Shown: positions 1-10,521 of the stretch, piece after piece
Position numbering within the stretch: the first letter of the stretch is position 1
Layout: the number at the start of each line of letters is the position of its first letter
Assembly: GCA_051532035.1 (NCBI GenBank)
Contig: JAOPTW010000095.1
Location: 1-22,798, forward strand
From: Fibrobacterales bacterium
GTDB lineage: Bacteria; Fibrobacterota; Fibrobacteria; Fibrobacterales; JAOPTW01
DNA: 22,798 bases
Reading direction: 5' to 3'
Made by a program: the position numbers and the translations under genes
The notes under the pieces: model-generated
Database searches by the model: none
What the model saw: only the letters and a program-made list of their open reading frames with translations
What the model was told of the DNA's origin: nothing

Positions 1-262
<262 letters not shown>

Positions 263-353
263 TTAAATTTGAAAACAATATAATTTTATTTTGCAACATT
301 GTCCTATTAATATTGACAGATTGCACGATTATTGATAAAAAGATTTAGGTAAA

Positions 354-1286
354 GTGAAAAAAGTTCAGCCCACCTTAAAGTTTTTTAAAATCATCAGCGA
401 TGAAACTCGCATGAAAATGTTGATGATTCTCAGTCACTCAGAATTCAATGTGAGTGAACTTATCGAAATTCTAAACATCCACCAATCGAACATTAGTCGT
501 AACCTCACACAACTTCGTGATGGCGGCTTACTCCAAGACAGACGGGATGGTGCGCAGGTTTACTATCGAATCAGCGACGCGTTTAAAAGTAACAGCGAAC
601 TCGCTGAACTCTTAAAACAGACGTGGGAATCCATCGATAAAAATGGAGAGATGATTTCTAAAATTGATCAGGTACTCGACGCACGTCGTAGTAAATCCCA
701 ACAATTTTTTGACAAAGTTGCCGGGAAATACCACAAGATTGCTGAGCTTGGAGGGGGCTTTGAAGGACTTGTCCGTGGCTACGCATCGCTTCTCGCTTAC
801 GAATCCGTTGTAGACATTGGTGCCGGCGAAGGTGAAACAAGTCTTATGCTTGCATTAAATTGTAAGAAAGTAATATCCGTTGACCTCAATCAAAAAATGC
901 TCGATATTATTTCACAGAAAGCTGAGCAAAAAAACATTCACACTATTGAGACCCGAATTGGAGACCTTAATAATCTACCTCTTGAAGATGGCGAGGTTCA
1001 ATTTGCCCTAATGAGTCAAGTACTCCACCATTCTGCTCACCCACAAAAAGCAATCATAGAGATGATGCGTGTGATTAAGCCCGGCGGTTATTTTATGATA
1101 CTCGACTTGATGTCACACGACCAAGAATGGGTACACGATAAAATGGGTGATCTCTGGCTTGGCTTTGAGACTGATCGACTCAAGGAATGGCTCATCGATT
1201 CAAATGCATTTATTAAAACTATTGAAACAATTCACGTTAAAGAGGGCCTCCCACTATTGCTAGCGGTTGGTCAAAAATCAAAATAG
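354..1286 (+). CDS. ArsR/SmtB-family HTH regulator fused to a class I SAM-methyltransferase-like domain (SahR-like architecture)
   Basis: N-terminal ArsR winged helix (SDETRMKML...NVSELIEIL..HQSNISRNL..LRDGGLL..RRDGAQVYY). C-terminal VVDIGAGEG SAM motif, QVLHH and RVIKPGG. GTG start. Confidence 0.9.
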   Translation: MKKVQPTLKFFKIISDETRMKMLMILSHSEFNVSELIEILNIHQSNISRNLTQLRDGGLLQDRRDGAQVYYRISDAFKSNSELAELLKQTWESIDKNGEMISKIDQVLDARRSKSQQFFDKVAGKYHKIAELGGGFEGLVRGYASLLAYESVVDIGAGEGETSLMLALNCKKVISVDLNQKMLDIISQKAEQKNIHTIETRIGDLNNLPLEDGEVQFALMSQVLHHSAHPQKAIIEMMRVIKPGGYFMILDLMSHDQEWVHDKMGDLWLGFETDRLKEWLIDSNAFIKTIETIHVKEGLPLLLAVGQKSK

Positions 1287-1293
1287 AGAACTT

Positions 1294-3753
1294 ATGAATA
1301 ATTCTAGTCTTACCATAAAACGCTTTCTTATTTCTACTAGTGGATTCCTCATCCTCTTAGCCTTCTTATTTAGAGAGTTTATTTTTGACGTATCAAAACT
1401 TCTTGTGAGTAGTGATCAACTCAATGGTCTCGGCTGGAGATGGTTTAGAAAAGGTGAATTTTTTATTTCTCAATGGAATGACCATATTCTCGGCGGAATG
1501 CCAACAATTGATGCAATGTTTGGTGACATTTATCACCCTCTATCATTTATGAGTTCTATCATGGACCCTGCTCGGGGTGTAGGATTCAAGTTCATTGCTG
1601 CGGTATTAATTGCTTTCATATGTGGCCATGTGCTTTTTAGTTACTTCACTAAAAACTGGAAAATTGGCGGGATTCTAGGGGCTGCTTATGCGCTCAACCC
1701 TCAATTTTTTTCGCACATCTATCCTGGTCATGATGGTAAAATGTACATTATCGCTGCTATGCCCCTTGTAGTATATGGCCTCTTAAAGTTTAGTCGAGAA
1801 AATAGACTGTGGGGTGTTGCCGTCATGGGACTGACTATGGGATGGATGCTTATTTCAAGTCATGTCCAACTTACCTACTTTTTTCTCTGGGGCTTCTTCT
1901 TCGTTTCAGTGTATGAAATTTTCATTCACACTAAAGCTCCTTTAAAAATAAAGCTCAGCAAACAATCACTCATCGGTTTATCCGTTGCCATTGGCCTCAT
2001 GCTTGGCGCTGTACAACTCATTCCTCCCTATTTTTACTCAACAGAACAGTCTGTACGGTCGACCGAAGAAAAAACAACAATTGACCACGCAACGAGCTGG
2101 TCGCTTCACCAAGAAGAGGCAGCATCACTCATTCTCCCTGGCTTTATAGGAGTTGATACTGGCACAAAAGCCTATTGGGGACACAACTCATTTAAACTCA
2201 ATCACGAAACAGCCGGTATTGTCGTTACCCTTCTTGCATTTATTGGCCTTTTCACTAAAAAGCGCAGAAAAGAAAAGTTTTTTTGGCTCTCTCTAGCAAC
2301 CCTCGCACTTACATTTTCTGTAGGTGCCCATACTCCATTTTTCCAATTCTTTTTCTCATTTGTCCCTGGCGTTAAACTCTTTCGCGGCCCTTCTATGGCG
2401 ACAATTTGGTGGTCATTCTCAATTATCATGCTCGCAGCACTCTACCTAAAAGAAGTGAGTGAATATGAAAAGGCTCACAAAATAGGTATACTTTCATTTT
2501 GTGGTTTAGCTCTAGCCCTTGTCATAGCGCGTTTTATGTGGGAAAGCGCTATTGGTGGACTGGGCACTATTGTAGTACTCGGCGGAATAGGTGCCACAAT
2601 CTATGGACTCGCTAAACAATACAGCACCGAATCCGTCTCAATGAAAAATATCCCACGTTGGGTTTTGATTTGTGTCAGTTTTACCGGAATCATTCTCATT
2701 TTTATCGCGTCGTCAGGAACAGCCCACCTTTCTCCTGCCTATTTTAAACAAATCAATACAGAGCTGATGAATAGTAGCGCCTCTACCATTTTCGGATCTT
2801 TTATATTACTGTTAGTGATTGCAGGAGGACTACTCTATTTGATCACTACTCCCTTTAATCTAAACCGATTTGCCGGTATACTTCTTGTAGCTGTGATTAT
2901 TGACACATCAATTGTTAACCTTCAGTTTATTCAAACAGTCCCCATGAACCGCTACATTACTCAGAGTAGCCTTGTTGACGCCGTTAAGCCACGGATTGAT
3001 TCATTGAACCAACACCGAATACTCCCTTTAGGAAATACTATTAAAGAGGGGATGGTTGCCTATTATGGCATCCAGATACCAACCGGGTTTCACGACAATG
3101 AAGTTGGTACCTATCGAGCTTTTCGAGGTGGTCAACAACTTGATAATCTTTTGTATAAACTCAGAAAACAAGAGCTCGCTACAAATCCATTTTTAAATAT
3201 ACTCGGAGTTAAATACCTCACCCTCCCCAATCAAAATGGTCCACAACTTGTAATGAACAATGCAGCATTTGATAAGACAACTCTTTTCTACAATGTATCT
3301 ATTGTTGATAGTAACTCAGCGATTAGCTTGTTGAAATCTGATTCATTCGATTATCAAAACCAACTCATGCTTTTTGAAAAGCCAACATTTCAATACGGTT
3401 TTACCAATGATAGTGGTAATTCAACTCTTGCAAAAGGTAGCTCAAAAATAACTGCCTACACAATGGATGATTTTACCATTTCAGTAGAAACTGAGCGTCC
3501 AGCAATCCTCTTTATAAATGATAATTTTCACGAATACTGGAATGCAGAAGTAAATGGAAACCTTACCCCTATCCACCGTGCCTTCACAACATTTAGAGCT
3601 GTGGAGGTTCCTTCTGGCAAATCTACTGTAAGAATGTATTACAAGTCTAAAGTTGCCGAAAGTTCTAAATTGCTCATATACTTAGGAATCACAATTCTTC
3701 TACTACTGACTGGTATTAGCTATTACCGTTTAAAAATTAAAGACCCGGTTTAG
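1294..3753 (+). CDS. YfhO-family multi-pass membrane protein (GT-C-type glycosyltransferase-like)
   Basis: Many transmembrane segments. QWNDHILGGMP N-terminal motif, and a YfhO-like C-terminus (DNFHEYWNAEVNG...FRAVEVPSGKSTVRMYY plus a final TM). ATG at 1294 is preferred over TTG at 1267, which overlaps the upstream gene. Confidence 0.85.
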   Translation: MNNSSLTIKRFLISTSGFLILLAFLFREFIFDVSKLLVSSDQLNGLGWRWFRKGEFFISQWNDHILGGMPTIDAMFGDIYHPLSFMSSIMDPARGVGFKFIAAVLIAFICGHVLFSYFTKNWKIGGILGAAYALNPQFFSHIYPGHDGKMYIIAAMPLVVYGLLKFSRENRLWGVAVMGLTMGWMLISSHVQLTYFFLWGFFFVSVYEIFIHTKAPLKIKLSKQSLIGLSVAIGLMLGAVQLIPPYFYSTEQSVRSTEEKTTIDHATSWSLHQEEAASLILPGFIGVDTGTKAYWGHNSFKLNHETAGIVVTLLAFIGLFTKKRRKEKFFWLSLATLALTFSVGAHTPFFQFFFSFVPGVKLFRGPSMATIWWSFSIIMLAALYLKEVSEYEKAHKIGILSFCGLALALVIARFMWESAIGGLGTIVVLGGIGATIYGLAKQYSTESVSMKNIPRWVLICVSFTGIILIFIASSGTAHLSPAYFKQINTELMNSSASTIFGSFILLLVIAGGLLYLITTPFNLNRFAGILLVAVIIDTSIVNLQFIQTVPMNRYITQSSLVDAVKPRIDSLNQHRILPLGNTIKEGMVAYYGIQIPTGFHDNEVGTYRAFRGGQQLDNLLYKLRKQELATNPFLNILGVKYLTLPNQNGPQLVMNNAAFDKTTLFYNVSIVDSNSAISLLKSDSFDYQNQLMLFEKPTFQYGFTNDSGNSTLAKGSSKITAYTMDDFTISVETERPAILFINDNFHEYWNAEVNGNLTPIHRAFTTFRAVEVPSGKSTVRMYYKSKVAESSKLLIYLGITILLLLTGISYYRLKIKDPV

Positions 3754-3755
3754 AT

Positions 3756-4514
3756 ATGAGTATTATTCAAAGTTTATATAAAAAAATTACATCTCTTAAA
3801 GACGGTACTGTTCACCTCGTATACGGGCGACATCATATACGAAAATGGACACTAGAACACTGTAGCTCTCTTCCATACGAACCAAACATTCTTGATATTG
3901 GATGTGGAAAAGGTGATGATCTATTGGGGATTTCAGATACATTAAACAATAAATGCACTTTATTTGGAATTGAGCATTATGAACCCTATCGAAAAATGGT
4001 AGCCGAAAAAGGCATTACTACTTATGCTGTTGATATCGAACGCGCTCCACTCCCATTGGATGACAATACAATGGATGTCATTAGCATTAATCAAGTTCTA
4101 GAACATACAAAGGAATTATTTTGGATCCTCGGTGAAATATCTCGAGTTCTTAAGCCCGGAGGTATACTTATAATTGGAGTTCCAAATCTTGCAGCATGGC
4201 ACGATCGATTATTACTTATTGTAGGCATGGAACCCTCCAGTTGCCACATCTTTGGAGGGCACGTACGAGGCATTACTAAACCAGGACTAAAAAATTTACT
4301 ACAAGTTGATGATTACTTTACTGTTAATCGTTTTGGAGGCTCAGGGTTTTATCCATTTCCTGAATTTCTTGCCAAACCACTTGCATATTTATTGCCAAAC
4401 TTTGCTACCAGTATTTTTTTCTGTGTAAAACGTACCAATAAAACTGAAAATTATAATGACATTCTAGAGACTAATTTTTTTGAAACCAATTATTACAATG
4501 GGCCAAAATTGTAA
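3756..4514 (+). CDS. Class I SAM-dependent methyltransferase (Methyltransf_11/23-like)
   Basis: ILDIGCGKG, NQVLEH and RVLKPGGILIIGVPN motifs. Starts 2 nt after the YfhO stop. Confidence 0.9.
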   Translation: MSIIQSLYKKITSLKDGTVHLVYGRHHIRKWTLEHCSSLPYEPNILDIGCGKGDDLLGISDTLNNKCTLFGIEHYEPYRKMVAEKGITTYAVDIERAPLPLDDNTMDVISINQVLEHTKELFWILGEISRVLKPGGILIIGVPNLAAWHDRLLLIVGMEPSSCHIFGGHVRGITKPGLKNLLQVDDYFTVNRFGGSGFYPFPEFLAKPLAYLLPNFATSIFFCVKRTNKTENYNDILETNFFETNYYNGPKL

Positions 4515-4516
4515 TA

Positions 4517-5710
4517 TCAATCACGTTGTTTAAAATAAAAATCTGACAACTTTTTCATAAGTACAGAGTGAGAAAAATTCTCTACAAAACTTTTATGAAC
4601 TTTGTCAGACATACCCTGCCACTTCTCTTTTTTCTGTAAAACCTCTACAATTTTAGATGCAAATGCTTCCGCGGTGTGTCCTACTAAATAACCTGTTTCA
4701 TCATTAACTAGTAATTCTTTTGGTTCAGCAAAATTAGTTGCTATAATGATTTTACCCGCAGACATATATTCAAAAAGCTTTGTTGATGAACGACTTGCTT
4801 CTATATATGCTTCAGGATATTGGTCATTAAGGGGCATAAGTGCAATATGAACATTCCCGAGCTCTTTTAACACCTCTTCACGAGATATCTGATTTTTTAA
4901 GACAATTGATTCAGTGAGACTTGCATCTACCACAGCTTTTTCCAAATCACCATACAGTGGCCCCCCACCAACAAACACAAACACAACATCCTTATTTTTT
5001 TTACACACCAAATCGACAATATCAATTAAAAAGGTAATGAGCTGTAGGCTTTTAAAGGTTCCTACATAGAGTATTTCAGTTTTTGTACTCGACAATTTTG
5101 GTGTACTTTGAGGTATAAGATCGCCCCCACAGGGAAGATAAATCACTTTCCCACCTAAAGACTCACTTAGATTCATACGACTCACTATTAGCTTCGATGC
5201 ACAAAAAAGAATATCTGATTTGTAGGGAGCCCAAGCTTCACAAAAACTTACCAGCATTTTCCGAGCAATTTTATCAAAGAAAAAAACATCAACAAAACCA
5301 CCGATTCCCTCCCAATCACTTTGAACCAAACAAATTTTACCTTTATATCTACTCAGCTTCAAAAGCAATATAAAAAAGGCACTCATGGGAAGTGGTTTAT
5401 GTATTACCACCATTTCGCTATTTCGTAAACGCATAAGAATGGGCAAAGCCGTACCAAGCACATATAGTGGCGCTAGTAATAACCACATAAATTTTGATTT
5501 TTTTACAAATGATGGATACTTAGAATATATTGAATACAAATCAGTTTTAGTAAGTGACTTATCTTTATATTCCTTATATTTAATGGGGTGAAATATGAGT
5601 TCAACATCGTGCCCCTGCTCTGCAAGTCCACGCGCACGACCGTTCATAAGAATACCACCGGCAGTATGCGATTCAAAGGTACAGAGTAATTTAATTTTTA
5701 ATGATTTCAT
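4517..5710 (-). CDS. Glycosyltransferase family 4 (GT-B)
   Basis: RGLAEQGHDVEL N-terminus, ILYVG, FVGGGP, KLFEYMSAGKIIIAT and ETGYLV motifs. Confidence 0.9.
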   Translation of the reverse strand: MKSLKIKLLCTFESHTAGGILMNGRARGLAEQGHDVELIFHPIKYKEYKDKSLTKTDLYSIYSKYPSFVKKSKFMWLLLAPLYVLGTALPILMRLRNSEMVVIHKPLPMSAFFILLLKLSRYKGKICLVQSDWEGIGGFVDVFFFDKIARKMLVSFCEAWAPYKSDILFCASKLIVSRMNLSESLGGKVIYLPCGGDLIPQSTPKLSSTKTEILYVGTFKSLQLITFLIDIVDLVCKKNKDVVFVFVGGGPLYGDLEKAVVDASLTESIVLKNQISREEVLKELGNVHIALMPLNDQYPEAYIEASRSSTKLFEYMSAGKIIIATNFAEPKELLVNDETGYLVGHTAEAFASKIVEVLQKKEKWQGMSDKVHKSFVENFSHSVLMKKLSDFYFKQRD

Positions 5711-5956
5711 AGAAACAATTCTTCATATGATATAGAAGATTAAAATATACAATACTCGTATAAAGTTGTTTATAAAGATCTATAGATAGAGCCCATTAAT
5801 ATAGTACAATCTGTATATACCCTAAATTGGGTAAATTCACCTCTCCAACTTATTTGGTGATATTTAGCGAACAATTTCATACCCAGTATGCTCCAATACT
5901 TCAAACTACATTATATCTCTAGTCCTTAATATCTTTTATCCAAACCCCTCTTCAGG

Positions 5957-5985
5957 TTGCCTTTTAACCCCCTAATAGTTATCTT
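5957..5985 (+). promoter_or_regulatory. Putative sigma70 promoter for the methyltransferase-asnB operon
   Basis: TTGCCT (5957-5962), 17 nt spacer, TATCTT (5980-5985), in the divergent intergenic region about 75 nt upstream of the ATG at 6059. Confidence 0.45.
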
Positions 5986-6058
5986 GTATCAACTATGCAA
6001 ATCCGGAAATATGTTCGGGTAGCTCATTCCAATGCTCATTTTCCAGGGGATTATATAG

Positions 6059-6772
6059 ATGATAAGTGAAAGCGCTGTTACAGAGAGACACTCTGCTCAT
6101 GTTGATATCGATGAGTTACAAATTGATAGAGTTAACAAAACTCTCAAAATGATGCCAACTGAAGGGAAATTACTTGAACTTGGATGTTGCTTTGCAGAAA
6201 CACTATCTTACTATAAAAAAGTATTCACTGGTGATTTTTATGGAATCGACTATTCTAAAGAGATTGTAGAAAAACGAAAAAATGACTTTGTTGAGATCAA
6301 ACAATGTGATTTATCGAGTGACATTATGCCTTATAATGATAACCAATTTGATGTTGTAATGTGTGGAGAAGTAATTGAACACATATTTGACACTGAACAC
6401 ATGCTCAAAGAAATACATCGCGTATTAAAACCTCACGGCCGCCTCATTATATCGACGCCAAATCTATCATCATTTCTTAATAGAATATTTATTATTTTTG
6501 GAATGCAACCACTCTGCACTGAAGTATCAAGTAGAAATAGCGGCTTTGGTAATCCTTTTAGAAAAAACAGATTACCCGCTGGTCACATAAGAAACTTTAC
6601 TGCTCGCTCACTCTCTGACATCCTCACGTATAACAAGTTTTCTATTATAAAAAAACAATCAACATTTGTTTCGGACAAACCACTGATAAAAGCTATTGAA
6701 ATTATTACTGGCCTCATAAGTCATAAACTTGGAAGCGATTTAATTTATCAATGTAACGCTGTTAAAGATTAG
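6059..6772 (+). CDS. Class I SAM-dependent methyltransferase
   Basis: LLELGCC (variant motif I), FDVVMCGEVIEH, RVLKPHGRLIISTPN and GHIRNFT, typical of glycan-locus methyltransferases. Confidence 0.88.
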   Translation: MISESAVTERHSAHVDIDELQIDRVNKTLKMMPTEGKLLELGCCFAETLSYYKKVFTGDFYGIDYSKEIVEKRKNDFVEIKQCDLSSDIMPYNDNQFDVVMCGEVIEHIFDTEHMLKEIHRVLKPHGRLIISTPNLSSFLNRIFIIFGMQPLCTEVSSRNSGFGNPFRKNRLPAGHIRNFTARSLSDILTYNKFSIIKKQSTFVSDKPLIKAIEIITGLISHKLGSDLIYQCNAVKD

Positions 6773-6781
6773 GCTTCTGAT

Positions 6782-8650
6782 ATGTGTGGAATTTGTGGTG
6801 TAGTTTCCTATTCATTAAAAGGTAATTTCGAAAAATCAACAAAAACTATGATGGAATACATTCATCATAGAGGCCCTGATGCATCTGGAATTTATCAAAG
6901 AGACGGTGTAGCACTTGGTCACACTCGCCTTTCCATCATCGACATTGCGCATGGTTCTCAACCCATTCATAATGATTCTGATACGGTTCACCTTATTTTT
7001 AATGGTGAAATATTCAACTATAAGCGATTAAGAGAGTCACTAAAGGATATAGGGCATTCATTCCATACGAAAAGTGATACAGAAGTAATTCTTAGAGCCT
7101 TTGAAGAATATGGTATAGACTGTGTTGAACATCTTGATGGCGAGTTCGCATTTGCCATATGGGACGACTCAACAAATAAATTATTCGTCGCCCGTGATCG
7201 ACTTGGAATAAAACCTTTTTTTTACAGCTCTACGAATGATACTTTCTTTTTTAGTTCTGAACTCAAATCATTAATACAAGTAGTTGATACTAATAAAGAA
7301 ATTAATATTGCATCGCTTAATAGATTTCTTTCTATAGGGTATCTATGGGGACCAGAATCAATTTTTCAGAATATCAACAAACTGAACCCAGGACACTATG
7401 CAATCATTTCGAGTGAAGGTATATCCACTCATTGCTACTGGGATATCAAAGGCATTACAAACAACAAACAATCCCATCATCCTTCAAATATTGATACAAT
7501 GCAACAGCTACTAAAACAGTCTGTGGAAGATCGAATGGTAAGTGATGTACCCATAGGAAGCTTCCTTTCGGGAGGAGTTGATTCATCAGTTCTTGTCGCC
7601 GTCGCAAGTAAGTCGATTAAAGAACCATTAAATACTTTTTCAGTAGGCTTTAAAGACTCCAAATTTGATGAATCTGAGTATGCCCAGAAAGTAGCTGACC
7701 AATACAACACTAACCATCATCTCCTTATGGGAGAAGATGATGCTGTCGATATTTTTGATGATGTAATTTGGCATATAGATGAGCCGATGGCCGACCAAGC
7801 CTCAATTCCTACCTACCTTCTTTCAAAATTAACGCGGTCACATGTCACTGTCGCCCTAAGTGGTGATGGAAGTGATGAAATTTTTGCAGGCTACAACAAA
7901 CATTTAATATTAAAATACCAACACAAATGGATCTCCCTCTTACCCAAATTTATACAAAGATTATTACTCAAAGAGGTTATGAACCGCATCCCTTTTAGAG
8001 AAGACTTTCTAAAGCGAAAAGCTACTATTATTGAAAGATATTTTTCACTCCTCAGTCATTTTAATCCCAATGAGCGGAAAAATATCTTTGTTGATGTAGA
8101 CAACTTTAGAGATGTAGAAAAAGAAATTAAAGACTCTATTCCTTCAACAGTGACTCCACTACAACAAGTTCAGCTTTTTGATACGTGCTACTGGCTTCCC
8201 AATGATATTCTTGTAAAAACTGACCGAACCTCAATGGCATTTGGACTCGAAGCACGGGTCCCCTTCCTAAATCATACACTGGTAGAGTGGGCTCTTTCAT
8301 TACCTGATTCATTAAAAATCCGTGGAATTATTGGTAAATACTTGCTAAAAAAAGCTTATCAAAAAATGCTCCCTCTCAAAAATGTATATCGAAAAAAACA
8401 AGGATTTAACTACCCCTTAGAAGATGTTTTTGATGGAAATTCCATTCATAAATATTTTGACAACTCTTCATTATATAAACTACTCGACAAAAAACAGGTA
8501 CTTGATATAATTGATCGCCGAACTGAATCTAAATTTTGCCAGCGACAATTTAGAAATTTATTTTTCTTATTCTCATGGAACTATATCTACTGTGATTCTC
8601 CACACCCCGCCCCCAAGATTTCCAATCCGGATACACGTATTCATGAATAA
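6782..8650 (+). CDS. asnB: Asparagine synthase (glutamine-hydrolysing)-family amidotransferase, probably acting on a glycan
   Basis: MCGICG Ntn nucleophile, HRGPD, RLSIID, NGEIFN, SGGVDSS, SGDGSDE and EARVPFL motifs. The glycan role is inferred from gene context. Confidence 0.95.
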   Translation: MCGICGVVSYSLKGNFEKSTKTMMEYIHHRGPDASGIYQRDGVALGHTRLSIIDIAHGSQPIHNDSDTVHLIFNGEIFNYKRLRESLKDIGHSFHTKSDTEVILRAFEEYGIDCVEHLDGEFAFAIWDDSTNKLFVARDRLGIKPFFYSSTNDTFFFSSELKSLIQVVDTNKEINIASLNRFLSIGYLWGPESIFQNINKLNPGHYAIISSEGISTHCYWDIKGITNNKQSHHPSNIDTMQQLLKQSVEDRMVSDVPIGSFLSGGVDSSVLVAVASKSIKEPLNTFSVGFKDSKFDESEYAQKVADQYNTNHHLLMGEDDAVDIFDDVIWHIDEPMADQASIPTYLLSKLTRSHVTVALSGDGSDEIFAGYNKHLILKYQHKWISLLPKFIQRLLLKEVMNRIPFREDFLKRKATIIERYFSLLSHFNPNERKNIFVDVDNFRDVEKEIKDSIPSTVTPLQQVQLFDTCYWLPNDILVKTDRTSMAFGLEARVPFLNHTLVEWALSLPDSLKIRGIIGKYLLKKAYQKMLPLKNVYRKKQGFNYPLEDVFDGNSIHKYFDNSSLYKLLDKKQVLDIIDRRTESKFCQRQFRNLFFLFSWNYIYCDSPHPAPKISNPDTRIHE

Positions 8651-9602
8651 TGCCATAAAAAAAATTATTGCACTCATATTTATTCTAGCCCCAGTCGTTT
8701 GGTTAATTACTGAAATTGATGGCTATCTCTTTATTGAGCAAATTCAAACTATTGCCTGGTGGACAATACCTGTACTTTTTACCGCTCAAATCATTGCCAT
8801 ACTCATCCAAGGGACAAGGCTTTGGGCTTTACTCAACGCTAAATTGGCCGATATTACCTTATCAGAAATTATAAAAATTCATTTAGCATCGATGTACTAT
8901 TCTATAATTCTTCCTTCATCGTCGGCAATTGATGTTGTACGAGCATTATTTCTATCAAAAAAGTATCACTATCAGGATGTTTGGGGTGCCACCTGGATAA
9001 ATAAAATCCTTATTCTATTTGTTTTACTCCTACTTTCTTTTATTGGATTTGCCAATAATCAAAGTATTTCAATTTCAACAGACATTACAACTTTAGTGAT
9101 CGTGAGTTCTATTCTACTATCAATTCTGACTATTCTATCATTCTCTAAAAAGATTACGGGTACTGTAGCCCCTTTGATATCCAGTCTTTTACCTACTAAA
9201 ATTTATACAATCATTTCAAATTTACGACAGGGTGTATATGAGTACAAAAATTTTAAAACAGGGATATTCAAAAGTTTATTTTTAACAATCCTCATGCAGT
9301 TTGTGTCCATTACAGGATTTAGCCTAACATTATATGGTGTTACAGGACAATTCTATTATTTTGAAGTATTAACATTTATCCCTCTCATAGAAATCGTGAC
9401 TTTTATTCTCCCCCTCACTCCTAATGGGGCTGGAATACGAGAGTCCCTAACACTTGTTTTTCTAAATACCATTGGCCTTGAGAGTACTACAAGTGCTATT
9501 TTTATCACCATCACATTTTTAGCCTATATAACAAAGTTTCTTTCAGGTATCTCACTTATACTCTTTAAAGAACTTAGGGTTGGCCTATACTCATCTAATT
9601 GA
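8643..9602 (+). CDS. Lysylphosphatidylglycerol-synthase-TM / flippase-like (UPF0104) membrane protein
   Basis: About 8 hydrophobic segments, ILPSSSAIDVVRA and LPLTPNGAGIRE family motifs. The ATG at 8643 overlaps the end of asnB and is preferred over 8511. Confidence 0.85.
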   Translation: MNNAIKKIIALIFILAPVVWLITEIDGYLFIEQIQTIAWWTIPVLFTAQIIAILIQGTRLWALLNAKLADITLSEIIKIHLASMYYSIILPSSSAIDVVRALFLSKKYHYQDVWGATWINKILILFVLLLLSFIGFANNQSISISTDITTLVIVSSILLSILTILSFSKKITGTVAPLISSLLPTKIYTIISNLRQGVYEYKNFKTGIFKSLFLTILMQFVSITGFSLTLYGVTGQFYYFEVLTFIPLIEIVTFILPLTPNGAGIRESLTLVFLNTIGLESTTSAIFITITFLAYITKFLSGISLILFKELRVGLYSSN

Positions 9603-9668
9603 GCAAATTTTACAGAATAGAGATAACATTCTACTTTTTATCATCAGACATATTACGAAGGTTGATCC

Positions 9669-10520
9669 ATGGGAATTGATTACAACGGTGCAAAATTTTT
9701 ATTCCATTCCAAAAAGCTAGGAGTTGACTTTTCACAATCTGCAATGATTGGACGGCAAGCATTGAACTTACACCCCAAGGACCTTTCCCGCCTATGCACT
9801 AAGTTCAAAATAGAATGTAACAGCAATCAGATAGACACTATTTTTTCATCCAATGAAGGATTTAGTGAATCTCTTTTTACTCTGTTAGGTGCTCAAAAAA
9901 TTGAATCATTTGATAACTCTTCATATGAAAATGCTACTCATTTGCACGATATGAATTCACCCATAACAGATGATTATTTACAACGCTACTCCATGGTTTT
10001 AGATGGCGGGACCCTTGAACATATTTTTAATTTCCCAACTGCGATATCAAATTGCATGAAAATGTTAAATATGGGCGGCCACTTCCTAAGCATTACAAAT
10101 GCCAATAATTTTATGGGTCATGGTTTTTACCAATTTAGCCCAGAACTATTTTACAGAATTTTTTCGGTTGAAAATGGATTTACAATTAAAGACCTTATAA
10201 TGTTTGAAGACACCATCTCTCCTAGATGGTACTCTGTAAAAGACCCTGATGAACTCAGAGATAGAGTTACACTTATTAATAGAGTCCCAACCTATATACT
10301 TGTTATAGCCCAAAAGGTTGCAGAGGTTGACCTTTTCACTCACCCCCCACAACAAAGTGATTACGCTGAGCAATGGGAATCTGGTAGAGAAATGAGCGAT
10401 TACAAAAAACTTAAAACAAAAATCAGGAAAAATCTTTCTGCATTTCCTATCACCCTTCTAAGAAGATTACAGGAAATACTTTCACCTTCTTTTTCTTCCA
10501 AATTTTACAAAAAATTATAG
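9669..10520 (+). CDS. Putative SAM-dependent methyltransferase-fold protein of glycan loci
   Basis: YSMVLDGGTLEHIFN, MLNMGGHFL and HGFYQFSPELF motifs. The glycine-rich motif I is degenerate. Confidence 0.7.
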   Translation: MGIDYNGAKFLFHSKKLGVDFSQSAMIGRQALNLHPKDLSRLCTKFKIECNSNQIDTIFSSNEGFSESLFTLLGAQKIESFDNSSYENATHLHDMNSPITDDYLQRYSMVLDGGTLEHIFNFPTAISNCMKMLNMGGHFLSITNANNFMGHGFYQFSPELFYRIFSVENGFTIKDLIMFEDTISPRWYSVKDPDELRDRVTLINRVPTYILVIAQKVAEVDLFTHPPQQSDYAEQWESGREMSDYKKLKTKIRKNLSAFPITLLRRLQEILSPSFSSKFYKKL

Positions 10521-10521
10521 C

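Noticed and set aside
6018..6050. GGTAGCT...CCAGGGG resemblance to a JUMPstart/ops element
   Set aside because: The spacing is wrong and the GGCGGTAG ops core is absent.
5995..6069. 24-codon ORF MQIRKYVRVAHSNAHFPGDYIDDK overlapping the methyltransferase start
   Set aside because: It has no RBS or recognisable similarity and is short enough to occur by chance; Ribo-seq would be needed to support it.
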